This document shows positions 47,975 through 59,387 of a stretch of 64,000 nt of DNA, piece by piece. The notes under the pieces were generated by a model, which was not told where the DNA came from, did not search any database, and was given only the letters and a program-made list of their open reading frames with translations. Origin of the DNA: Eukaryota sp. TZLM1-RC (Eukaryota > Protista > Metamonada: BaSk clade); NCBI GenBank assembly GCA_040285825.1, contig JAUPSS010000001.1, positions 2,418,001 through 2,482,000 of the forward strand, written 5' to 3'. The position numbers and the translations under genes are program-made. Every line of letters begins with the position of its first letter. Positions within the stretch are counted from its first letter, which is position 1.

Positions 47975-49336
47975 TTACTCCTTTTGAGTAATAAACGTAC
48001 TTCCTCTCTGTTTTGGTTTCCTGTTGACTCGTCTTGACCTATTCTGACCTTGTTTGACTTCAAGAGACTTCAATCTACGCCTTAGAACACCTATTTGATC
48101 ATGGAAATCCTTTTTATCTCTTTTTAAACTCGATATTAATTTGTCTTTTCGTTCCAACTGGCTTCTCAAATCAACCATATCATCCAACAATTTTGTGAAT
48201 ATTTGGAGGGGTTGCCCTTTGATCTCTTCTTGATCTGTATACAACTTCATCCAAATTTTGTTTGCCAAGCCCATCAGCTTTCTGAAGTAAGAAATCTCTT
48301 TAGATGATGAGCTTCCTGAAACTATTAACATTTCAATAGCATTTACTATGTCATTTGGTTTCATTTCAGGATCAAAATTTTCTGAATATTTCTCATATAA
48401 GTCTTGCAAATTCAACATTAATGACCTACTCTTTTTGACCTCTTCGAAATGGCGGTCAAGTGAACTCTCTTGACTGGCCACCTGTCTTCTAAGCTGTTCA
48501 ACTTCTATTTCTAGCTTTGATCGTTTAATTGTTTCTGAGTTATTAAATTTTTGTTTTAAAAAATCATTTTCTTGCAATAAAGACGAAATTCTTTCTTGCA
48601 ACCTCGACTTCTCTGCTGCGACTTCACTTAATTGTTCATATTGATTTTTTTGTATAGCCTCTAGATTCTCAAACCTTTCAATAATATCTTTCGGTGAACT
48701 GAACGAAAAAACTTCCGATAACTGCTCAAAAATGGGGTCTAGCGAGGTATACAATCGAAGTTTAAGATCAGAATCCATGCATTTTTCTTCAAAAATTCTT
48801 GATTTATTACGGACTAATTCAAGAGCATAATTTAAAGATTCCAATTCTGCATCTTTTTCAGTCACTAAATGTTCTAAATTGGTGTTGTTTTCCTTTAATT
48901 CTTCATTTTCATTCACCAATTCCCTCAATTGTGCAGAATGAATTTCATTTAATCTCTTTTTTTCATTATCATGGAGAGCATTCATTGAGTCCATATTATC
49001 AGCAATCTGTTTTGAAACCACATTCAGTCTTCCAGTCCTTCGAGCTTTGGTTATCATCTCATCTATTGCTGGGGACTGTTGGACAAGGCTGGTGTGAGAG
49101 AGTATCTTGGAGGTACGGAGGTCGTTGTGCTCTTGGTTGCGGATACGGAGATCTGTTGTGGAATGGTGAAGACTTTTGCGAAGGGGAATGGCAGACGCAG
49201 TTTTGGGTCGTGGTTTGGGTTTTCTGGGTCTGGAAGAACCTTCTAATGCAGACTGAAGTGATTGAGATATCTGTGGATTGAAAGGGTTCCTTCCATCATC
49301 AAAGAAAGGGTCTAGTTCAGGAAGGTCAAAGTTCAT
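47975..49336 (-). CDS. Coiled-coil protein (possibly flagellar CCDC-type)
   Basis: 453-aa ATG-initiated ORF with long heptads; SPKDIIERFENL is reminiscent of axonemal CCDC proteins. Confidence 0.7.
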   Translation of the reverse strand: MNFDLPELDPFFDDGRNPFNPQISQSLQSALEGSSRPRKPKPRPKTASAIPLRKSLHHSTTDLRIRNQEHNDLRTSKILSHTSLVQQSPAIDEMITKARRTGRLNVVSKQIADNMDSMNALHDNEKKRLNEIHSAQLRELVNENEELKENNTNLEHLVTEKDAELESLNYALELVRNKSRIFEEKCMDSDLKLRLYTSLDPIFEQLSEVFSFSSPKDIIERFENLEAIQKNQYEQLSEVAAEKSRLQERISSLLQENDFLKQKFNNSETIKRSKLEIEVEQLRRQVASQESSLDRHFEEVKKSRSLMLNLQDLYEKYSENFDPEMKPNDIVNAIEMLIVSGSSSSKEISYFRKLMGLANKIWMKLYTDQEEIKGQPLQIFTKLLDDMVDLRSQLERKDKLISSLKRDKKDFHDQIGVLRRRLKSLEVKQGQNRSRRVNRKPKQRGSTFITQKE

Positions 49337-49478
49337 AGTGAAGGTGCGTGCAATCTATCCTCTTTGCTTAGGGTTGAGGAGATCGGCCTTAGGAACACCA
49401 AGTAGAAAGAACAAGGAAAGGTCAGAGTAAGGTGATTAATTCTATTTGATGAAAAGAATTTATTAAATATCTGGTCTT

Positions 49479-49741
49479 TTTTGGAAGATTCAATTTTATT
49501 TTTTTAGCTGGAGTATTTATTGAGAAAAAAACTATCAATTCAATTTTATTCATTTAATAAGAAATATGAAAACATAAAATACACAATTAAAACTCCACAT
49601 CCTCAAAACCTGCCTCCCCTACATCAAAACAATTAATTGCCAAAGATTCGGAAAATTTCCCAAAAGAAAGAGTGAATCAGAAATTAGTTTTAGCATTCCC
49701 TTAAAAATAGAAAATACAATCCTGTTTTGCCAGTAAACACG
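49479..49741 (-). mobile_element. Short family B 3' end plus extra tail, flanked by 12-bp TSD
   Basis: Matches 46300-46466; ATATCTGGTCTT at 49467-49478 and 49742-49753. Confidence 0.85.
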
Positions 49742-49929
49742 ATATCTGGTCTTGAGGTTGATTTAACTCAATTTTTTTCTATTAAATTATCATACACTTT
49801 AACACATTGTTTGATCAGTCCTTGTGTAAATGAATTTGTTCATACCTTTAAATTAAACTATTCCTGGATTTCCGTTTCGAATGTAAGTTTTTACGTGTAA
49901 TTCAGTACATGTGTAACACAACTTATAAA

Positions 49930-50040
49930 TCAACTTCAAAATAATCCACCTCTCCCAAAACAAAACAACTAAATGCAACTCTCTCATAGTGACATTCAAG
50001 AGAAAACAAAACATCAGAAACCATTTTCAACATCCTGTAA
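49930..50040 (-). mobile_element. Decayed family F 3' tail
   Basis: CTCTCCCAAAACAAAACA...ACTCTCTCA.AGTGA shared with 55530-55650. Confidence 0.5.
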
Positions 50041-51368
50041 AAAGTAGAAAACAAAATTATTGAAAAAACTGACAACTGATTTTACTGAGCATTAGGATGA
50101 ATGATAATGAGAGGCCTCAACAATTGAATAGTAAATACTGCTGATAAAATAAATAAATAAAAATAATAATTAATGCACATGAAACGAAGATCGTGATTAC
50201 ATGGGGAATGTTTCAATTATTTTTATTATCGTATGGGATTATCGTATGGTATTATCGTTGATTAATTTGTTTTTAATGATTCCAAAAATAATTCCATTAA
50301 TTTCCAAAAATACAAAATTTGCGTATTAGACTGTTGTTTGAGTGAAAATAAGTGAAAATTGATAACTAACAGATTCAAATAAGAGAACTAAAAAAGTTGA
50401 AAAATTCGACTATCATTTCCTATTTTTTGATTAATTGGTTACAATGTGTTTTGGCAAATGAAGTCTAAGCATCAAAGATATTAATTAGCCTACAACAAGA
50501 AGCAACTTGAAAACACCTTCATTTATTCAATTGCATGCATAAAAGGATTTTTTCCGATCAAAACTCTCAAACTGTACTAGATCAATACAAAGTGATGTGA
50601 TTATTTTAAATCCCTTTGTCCATAAGAGCATAACAAACAACAGCTCTAAACTTGCCACCAAGAGTTCAACGGAAGTCAAAGGAAAAAAGTCAAGAAAATC
50701 TAGTAGTCGGCGGCTACAAAGAGAGAACAGGATGTGGGGTTTTGGCTTTGCAATACTTAACAGTTCTACCACAGCTACATAATCGAATAACGTGCTGATC
50801 TGCAGGTGGTGGTGGACATCGTGAAGACAAGTAGTTTGGAGCTGAATCGTTCATAGAACTGGCCACCAGACTATCAAAGGATGTAATTCTTTCGGTGACA
50901 TTGACCATTATTGAGGATGTGTAACTAACCTTGTTTTGAATTCCTTATTCAAAAAGAATTTGCTCACCAGTACTTACATTGTGTTCTTTATGCAATTTGA
51001 GGTCTTCACTCTCATTATTTAAAACAAGATGATGAAGATGGTTGAGATTATCATGTCCTTTTCAATCCCAGTGTAAAACATTGTTCACCTTTTCAAATTA
51101 ATGGAATAAATTAAAATTTCTATTTTCATTGACCCTAATGTTTCCTTCACTGCCAAATTAACACTCTTTAGATGTCTTCAGTACATCTCAAGATTTTAGT
51201 ATAAATAAAGAAATATAAATATTAATAAATAAAAAATAGTAATAATTTATTTACAATAATTGTAGGTGAAGAAAACAAAAAAAAAGTTAGAATCTTTCAA
51301 AGTAACAATTCCTAATACCCACAGTACACTTAAAAATGCAACAAAATTCAAAAATAATCATTAATAAA

Positions 51369-52286
51369 TCAACTGAAATAATTCAACAATTGATCTAATC
51401 TAGCAACATCAAATAAAGGTTCAATCAAAGGCCTTAAAGAACAATCAATTACTATTAAACAAATCAATGTAAATTGCTTCCAAACAAAACTAGAAACATT
51501 AGGTATTGGACGGTCAAGTTGAAATGTCTTGACCAGGTCAAAAATTGATTGTTTTTGACCTTCAGTGGGGGTTAGTTTGAGGCCAGTGCCAATTTTCTTT
51601 AATTGTTGATCTAAGGTCGACGTTATAAACTCAAAGCGTTGAGAAATGGCCGAATTATTGGGGAAATTTGACGAAAAGTCGTCAAAAGTCACGGGAGAAG
51701 ACGTCACATTTTGACCTAAATGACGTGTTGCTTGAGTTACCAACTGCTGAGTCAGCACCAATAACTGAACTTCACAAGGCATTGAGTCAAAGAACCCCTT
51801 CATATCAACTTTTCCAATGTCCTCAGACTCTACACTCATGACCTCGTCCACGTCTTCCTCCACTACTGGAGGACTTGTTTGAATAGGTGGAGGTGGGATA
51901 GACATGTCAGAGATACTGCTCTCAACCACTCTTTCTACTACACTATCTTTGACAGCATTGGGTTTAGATGGTGACGTAGATGGATTAGAGTTGCGAGAAG
52001 AGGAGACTGAAGGGGTATGGTTTTCGATTGCATTCAGGAAAGTCAGGTAACATTTACTTGAACAAAAAAATGCAATAAAAGGATCTCTGATAATACGACG
52101 TTGAGAATGTAATATGTGTGCGGTGTGAGAGGACGGTGGAGAAGAACAACAGAAGTTACCACACAGTGAAGTCGCAGCTCTTTCCTCTGCAATATCTAAA
52201 GAAGTCTGTTTTCCAAGTTGCGAGCAAACTGAGGACAACTCGCCAGATTCTATGCTGTTGGAGAAAAGAAACTCGATCAATGACAT
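51369..52286 (-). CDS. RPAP2: RPAP2/Rtr1 RNA Pol II CTD phosphatase-like protein
   Basis: DIAEER....LCGNFCC...FCSSKC zinc-finger motif. Confidence 0.8.
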   Translation of the reverse strand: MSLIEFLFSNSIESGELSSVCSQLGKQTSLDIAEERAATSLCGNFCCSSPPSSHTAHILHSQRRIIRDPFIAFFCSSKCYLTFLNAIENHTPSVSSSRNSNPSTSPSKPNAVKDSVVERVVESSISDMSIPPPPIQTSPPVVEEDVDEVMSVESEDIGKVDMKGFFDSMPCEVQLLVLTQQLVTQATRHLGQNVTSSPVTFDDFSSNFPNNSAISQRFEFITSTLDQQLKKIGTGLKLTPTEGQKQSIFDLVKTFQLDRPIPNVSSFVWKQFTLICLIVIDCSLRPLIEPLFDVARLDQLLNYFS

Positions 52287-52333
52287 TGCTTGATTTTACC
52301 TAAGGGTTGATCAAATCAATAATTTTCACCATT

Positions 52334-53291
52334 ATGCAAGTACTCTTCCTTGTTACCCTTTTGTATGTTGGTGTCACTTTTGGTATAGATCAACATTATC
52401 ATCTATCTTTCCCTGACTACCCTAATCCCGAAATACTTGATGACTATGATGTTTATCCTATGTCCACCACTGACCCTGACTTACCAGCTCAAACTTCTTA
52501 TTCGCAAGTTCGAACTGAAATAAAATCAACTGGTGAAAGCATCATAGTTCACAAACTAACAGTTCCTAACCCAATCAATTCTCTATTTATCAAACCCCCA
52601 ATTGGAGGTTGTGGTAATCGATCAACTGTGGTCGAGTCAAGTACACAATATGGTTGTACTTCTGCTGTCAATCTTGGATTTTTCAACATGTTAAACGGAG
52701 ATTGTAGAGGTTGGTTGGTCTCTAATAATAAATTTTACAACAGGACAAGCTTGCCAAACAGCGTTTTTGGCATTACAAGGTCAAACCAGTACATCAGTGG
52801 ATACATTAGTGATGCGACCCGCAACGAAATGGTTGCTTCTGGGGAGCTCCTACATGGACTTCAAGGAAGACTTTGGCTTGTTCGTCAGGGCCGATCTTTT
52901 GTTAGTAAGAGTAGACCCAAAGAGCATATTTCGCAACGGTTTGTAGATCTTATAGCTCCAAGACTTGCAGTGTGTTATGACCATAGCGGTGTGTTCCACG
53001 TTGTTCAAGTTGATGGTTATGTATGGTTCTTCCTCTTTCATCTCATCACAGGAACCAACGCTTTATGGCATAGGTCTAACCCAGTTCTCGGATCTGCTTG
53101 TTGACATGGGCATGCTCAACTGTATGAACATGGACGGAGGAGGTTCTGTTACAGTTCTCTTTAATGAGCAAATAAAGAACAGTTGCTCTGATCCGTGTCC
53201 TGACCAAGATCAACGTAATCGTGTCTGCTCAGTTCCTTTTGGTTCAAGTAAGTGCCTGAGGAAGGTATCTTCAATGCTGTGTCTCAAATAG
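52334..53291 (+). CDS. NAGPA-like phosphodiester glycosidase, secreted; intron 53021-53051
   Basis: Signal peptide, AVNLGFFN, WLVRQG, APRLAV, QVDG, NMDGGGS, C.RKVSSMLC; 31-nt GTATGG...CTCATCACAG intron. Confidence 0.85.
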
Positions 53292-53384
53292 GTTGTTATT
53301 CTTTTTTTCAACATTAATTATTGATTTTTCTTCATAATTTTGAAGGGTTTTTTATTGTGAAATAAAAGACCGATAGAAATTTTA

Positions 53385-53530
53385 AAGGACCCTTTTGGCA
53401 GAATAGAATTGTGTTTTTTATTTTTAAGGTGGGGTTGAAGATTTTTTCTGATACACTGACTTTCGGATCTCACTATGACAAAACTGCATGTAGTTGTTTT
53501 GTGTTGGGAGAAGGATTATTTCGATGTTTT
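53385..53530 (+). mobile_element. Decayed family F 3' tail
   Basis: TGGCAGAATAGAATTGTG (WQNRIV) followed by a tail similar to 15000-15155. Confidence 0.6.
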
Positions 53531-54226
53531 TTTATAAGCTGTTTAATACATGTATTTTAATGCAACAAAGCCCTGAAGGTGTTTATTGCTAGTGAAGTTT
53601 GGACCTCTTGAGCAACTCTCTGAACACTTATACAAATGTGAATATTTCCTTTGTGAGTTAAATTCACAGAAAATTGACCTCGAAAACTGACATACTATTC
53701 TCTTATCAGAAACTGAGATGTTCAGCACAATAATTGTCAATATTAAAGTTACTATATTCTTGTTCTTGTTAGGCCGCGGAATATAATCGCAATGTTATCA
53801 TTACAAGAGATCCCCGTATGAATGTAGATCAGTAAAAAGTATTCTATACAAAGCGTCAATTTCATCGAGTGTGCGTTCATTTGAGTGGAACAGTTTGATT
53901 TCCGCAGTAACATCATTGGTTTGTAAAGTCGTAGATGTACGTTTTCTTTTGATATGTATCTTCAACAAATTCGATGGTGAAATGATGTTTGATAGATTGG
54001 AACAGCCGGATAATAAAAATATATTTATTATTTGCTGTTTTCCAATATACAGATTTAATTGTAACTGAAATTTTGGGCTCATCATCCAAAATTTAACACA
54101 CAGCATACAATGATATTGATTTCTGTTTGCGTAAATACTATCCATTGAAGACAAGCATCTTGAAGTGTACAATATCTGCGAGCCTTCAATCGGACATCAT
54201 TTCCTGAGAGATTATCATCATGCCAG

Positions 54227-54939
54227 ATGAAAGCACACTATCTTCCAATTCTCACTGGCTTGTTCAACATCACACACGTTTTTCTAGGTATTCTTATTCA
54301 TGTCATTAGTGGCCGAAGTGCCTCAAATCTCCCATTCATTAGTGAAATCTTTCTTGAACGACACTCAATCGAGTCAAAACTAGTCACCTTTTGTCTAATC
54401 ATAGGCTCTGTGCTTACTTTACTCACAAGCTTTGCTATCTATTTTAGAAACCTCAACATCCGCCATGCCACTGGAAAATATAGAGTACTCTCCTTCCTCT
54501 TACTCAATCTGGCTTCTTCAATGTACCTCGTACGATCATTTTTCAACAGGTGTGAACAGATAGACACTCATGCAGCGTTGTCCATTATATCATCACTGAG
54601 TGCAGTAGGGTGGACTTTTCTTAGTTCTCATTGCTGTCGGTCCACTCAACCCAAAATTGAACTAGTCCGTTTCTTCATGTCCACAATCAGCATGATAGCA
54701 ATTATGGTGGGGTATTATAATGGTATGTTTGTGAAATTTGCTCACCATTAGTCTTGCGGTCAGTCTTCATTACTCCAGATGCTTTCCAGACCTGTAACTT
54801 GGCCAATGCACGGGATATCCTGAAGAACGCCTCTGTTTCTGAGTACATTGTTTGGTTTTGTTTGAATATGTTTCTAGTTTCGTATAGTGCTAACTTGGCA
54901 TCTGAGGGTATTGTTCACCACAAGCGTAAAAGCAGGTGA
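54227..54939 (+). CDS. Multi-pass membrane protein, Frag1/DRAM/Sfk1-like; intron 54723-54751
   Basis: About 6 TM helices, LPFISE, His before TM4, SEY near the C-terminus; 29-nt GTATGT...CTCACCATTAG intron is in frame. Confidence 0.65.
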
Positions 54940-54949
54940 TGGCCTTTGT

Positions 54950-54980
54950 CCTAACCCTAACCCTAACCCTAACCCTAACC
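54950..54980 (-). repeat. Interstitial telomeric repeat (TTAGGG)5
   Basis: CCTAAC x5, perfect. Confidence 0.9.
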
Positions 54981-55529
54981 ACAAGCGTAAAATGTGAAAG
55001 GTAAAACGTAAAAGGTGATGGCCTTTGTCTTTGTACTTTGATAAAATTAATAAGTATTGAAGACATTTTCTAAAATTCAACATTTCCCATGGATTTTTAT
55101 TTCACTTCACAACTGTCAATTTGTCAAATTTTGTAACCTGTTAGTATTGTGTAACTTATGTGTTCACAATATAGCATTTTTTTGGTTTATCTAATTTTTA
55201 ACTTGATAAAAACTTTTTTATCAAGCACTTAATTAAACTTTTTTATTAAAAAGTAAACTTGAACATTTAACAAGATTTAACAGATTTATATTCAATTTAA
55301 TAAAGAGGGTATTGAATAGCTTGACAGCATTCTCTGAAATTCAATGTTGTATATCTCACACATTGATGGTATGACAGTACCAATCATGTAACCTATCGCT
55401 AAGTTCCCATAACCAGGAACAAAAACAATAAGTCCAACAAATACTACCTATTGAGAAAAAAAATACCCAAATTAAGATCATTCTGACATACTTTATATTG
55501 TTCTACTTGAGTTTAAGTGTATCCAACTG

Positions 55530-55650
55530 ATAATTAACAAATGCACATCTAAAACATCTCTCCCAAAACAAAACAAAAACACTTGATGAAACTCTCTCAA
55601 AGTGAGATCACAACGAAAGCAATGCATCAGAAGAATAATTCAATATCAAT
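55530..55650 (-). mobile_element. Decayed family F 3' tail
   Basis: Similar to 49930-50040. Confidence 0.5.
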
Positions 55651-56067
55651 TCAAAAATATAGTCTAATAATAAAGATCCAGTAAAATTTTCAGTGATCCT
55701 TTGTTAACAACTTACAGCAACTTATTAACTCATAGCAAACGTTAAACAGTCGGAGTCAGTTAAACCAAACATAGAATAACCAAATGAGTACAAAATGGGG
55801 AAACTTTATTTTTATATTGATCCTAAAATTTTCAGCCCTAAAATTGAAAGAGTAGTGTGAACTCGGATTGCAATAACCTCTTGTCAGAAACATGGCAAGG
55901 GACTACCGGGTGAAGTATACCGAAACCAAATTAACCTAACAACATCCACTTTTGGCATTGATTAGAGAATTTTCATTCAAATTCTATGATTTTTTTGATT
56001 AATAATACTTTTTGACTTTTTTGACTTGAGGTTAATTTGATGATTAATTTTTTCGACATTTGATAGC

Positions 56068-58956
56068 ATGGACCCTATCGTGTGCCATCTTACTCCATCT
56101 TTCCAACACTTTCTTTGTGATGACCTCAAACCCTCTCAGCACTACACTTTAGATTCTGTTTCATTGAATATGGTGAAGAAGTACACTCATCATCTACCAC
56201 CAACCATCCGAGAACTGGTACAAAACTGGCGAGATCGCTGTTGGACATTGGCCGCCGAGATAAGACCAGAGCAAAACTTTCCCGAACCTAATGTTCGTTG
56301 CGAAAGAATATCAAACTTCGAAAAAACCGGGATGAATTTGATCTACTATGAAGCAACTATTGGTGGATCTCTCCTAGGGTGGATCATTGAGTCCACGTCT
56401 GTTCCTCACTGCCTCTACCTCTTTAATGAAGATACAGAGTTGTCTCCAGACATACTACGTTTTGGGCACTCTGACAAGACTAACTTACCCTATCTCGCAG
56501 GATCGTTTGGGGATGGCTTAAAACCAGAAGTGAACAGACTCATGAGATCAGGTGCCACGGTCAACATATTTACTGGTCGTTCACAATGGCAGTTTTTGTA
56601 CGATGAAAATGAAACACTTATGTGCAATATTAGAACTGTGCATGGTGAAAAGTCCATGGCTGAAACACTGGAGAAGGGAACATTATTCACCATCACTAAT
56701 CTGCCAAGAGAATGTGTCATTGACAGCAAGGATTTTCTTTTCTTAAATCCATGCAAAGAGCAATCATTGAGCTTTTCATCAAAACAATTTGTGATTAGGG
56801 TTCTCTTCAACCCAGAGCATATCTCCTCCATATACCTACATGGCATTTTCGTCCAGCAAGAGCACTATCCACGTATGCCCTTTGGAGTAGATTATCATGG
56901 AGTCCTCACTCCTGAAATGGGTGTTTCAAGAGATAGAAATGATATAAGAGAGGATTTTATTCATGGAAGGTTGTTGTTCGCTGCAGGCAAACTACATGGT
57001 TCTAGAGACCAAGGTAATACTGAACTGTTGGATAAATTTGCAAGGCTTTATTACAATTATTTGAGAAGTCGCTATTTTTCCATGCATTGCCTCATCACTA
57101 GTAAGTTTTCAAAGCAAGTGCAACAACAAGTTGGTGATTTTTTGTACCATGGTCTTACACTGAGTGTTGTTAAAAGAAAGGGTAAGCGTGATATCGACAA
57201 TGAAGGAGCAAACGGCCCTATTATTCCATTGCACAGAGATGAAATTCAACTATATCAGGAAGAACTTCGGCTGTTTAATTTTATCTTTGAAGAAGTGCCA
57301 TTGGAATTGTTGAGAGCTATACGGCAATCTCCAAAGTGTCCAATTTGGGAAGAACTCAGAACTCAGTTCAGCAACTATTTCGTATGCTTAGATGAGCTTC
57401 TGGTAACTGGTGATTTACCTTACACTATTGAGATAAACGAACAGATCAATATAGTTGAGTGGGAAACCAAAGAGCACCATCAACTAGCCCAAAGAGTCTG
57501 TGAACTTGCCGTGGAAATGGTAGACAATCCCAACTTGTTAAAATTGAAAACAATCAGATTTAAAAAATTTGATGGTGAAAAAAGTTCTCATACCGTCTTT
57601 CCAGTGAAATTTGGAAACCAACGCTTTATAATAATTGACATCAAGAAGATGAATTCTTCGTTTGTCCATAAACAATTCAAGAGAAGCGATGCAACATTTT
57701 TGTGCGGTGAAAACTGTTCATGTACCCAAGTTTATTTTTTCAATGAAATTGTATCTACCGTGGAGAAAATGCACAAGGTTCAGTTGAGAGATAGAGTGTT
57801 TTTGAAGTTACAAAGAAAAATGATGTCAGGACTTGCTCCGCAGATAGTTTCCAATCCGGAAGAGGAAGAATTAGAACATCCAAAGAACACTGATGAACCG
57901 ATGAAGCAGGACACAAGCAATGATGAGGATCTAATTGGGGAGAAACAGAACAAATTTCATGGCGGAAATGGTGGAATCCATCCCACGCAAAGCAGTTTGG
58001 AAGGTCATGCTTTGAATGGCGTTGAGCCAGTTGTTTCAGATCAGGTGGATACTACCGCAACTGCTGAACCCTTTCCATTCTTTTTTGGTCAAAACACATC
58101 AACCGAACCAAGTACTAAAGCCAACTCTAAAGGCTTTAAATCAGCGAAACAAGCTCCAAAGTCAAAGAGCACAATGCCTAATGATAATCCAAGAGATGAA
58201 CCAAATATTCACGATTATGTAAACAATATTAGAGAAACAGTCACTGGCTGCTTAGATTCCTACTCTGTACACAAAAAGCGACAAATCCCAAAGGGAATAT
58301 CTAAAGCGGGATCTCCTCCAACAATTACCCAAACCGTTACTGATGGAGAGACTCCAATAGAATTGAAAATGGACGAAAAGGTATCAGCTCAAATGACGGT
58401 GCCGGTATATTACAGTCCAAGGTATTTGCAGTTTCTCCCAAAATATGTTGATGACATCTCAAATTTGGTTAAAACAATTCGTTTATTGAGACATTCAGTG
58501 TTTGACAATACTAACATTCAATTCTGCGTTTTCTACGATGAGTCCACAGTTGTGGCATTTAATATGAATGGTCTATTGTTCTTTAATGTTTTCTGTTAGT
58601 CTTGAATAGTATTTATGGACCGACATGCACGACGGACTCCTTCAAAAGATCAAACAACTGATAGCGAAGCACATGCCGTAGGCGTCATATAATGTGTAGG
58701 CGGCGTCATATGGGAACAAATCGAACATGGTCTATTGTTCTTTAATGTCTTCTATCATGTGAAACTCCTCTCTGATCTGAGAAGTTCGCACATATTGTGC
58801 CATTGGTACATTGTTTTCTGCCATGAATTAGCTCATAACTTAGTCACAGATCATGGAAAGAGTTTTGTTCAAACGGAAGAGCAACTTATTATTTCTAATC
58901 TGCCAGCCTTTATAACTAAAATTGATAATATGGTTGAAGACGTGGCAGTGGAGTGA
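56068..58956 (+). CDS. GHKL/sacsin-like ATPase with C-terminal HEXXH (zincin-like) domain, interrupted by a 159-bp insertion
   Basis: IRELVQNWRD, FGHSDK, AGSFGDGLK, GT (GHKL boxes); C-terminal VAFNMNGLLFFN...WYIVFCHELAHN..DHG continues in the same frame after the insert. Confidence 0.7.
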
Positions 58957-59387
58957 TAACGTGGCAATCTATAGTGGTGTAATAAAGAGCGTGGTTGTGA
59001 TGTAAATACAGGTTTTTTGTTCTGGGAATTCGTCTGATATATTTGCCTACTAAAAAAATATCTTTCGTGAACAATTTAAGTATTCAACAGGAAATCATTT
59101 TATTAATAAGTATGCAAGCAAGTTGTTTAGATTTCAATCATTTTCCTGCGATGCTTCTCCTCACCATTAACAATCCAGTTAAACTATTCGAATTCCGACG
59201 AATTCATGTTGGTTGGTTTAATCCAAGCAAGATCAGCGAAATTTCCCCTACAAAGTCCAATTAAATTCAACTTCACAATGGTCCAACAAAAAGTAATGAC
59301 AAATTATATCATGATTAGACAGTCAAAAATTGTCAATAAAATTGGCAAATCAAAAGACCAAAAGCTGCTGAATTGTTTTATTTTAAA

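Noticed and set aside
50527-50908. PPPP...CSCG..VKYC.AKT..P.LSLC, reminiscent of an INO80B/zf-HIT C-terminus
   Set aside because: Fragmented frames and too short to support a call; may be a pseudogene.
53543-54172. Short minus-strand ORFs between the NAGPA-like and Frag1-like genes
   Set aside because: No recognisable motifs; likely spurious or decayed.
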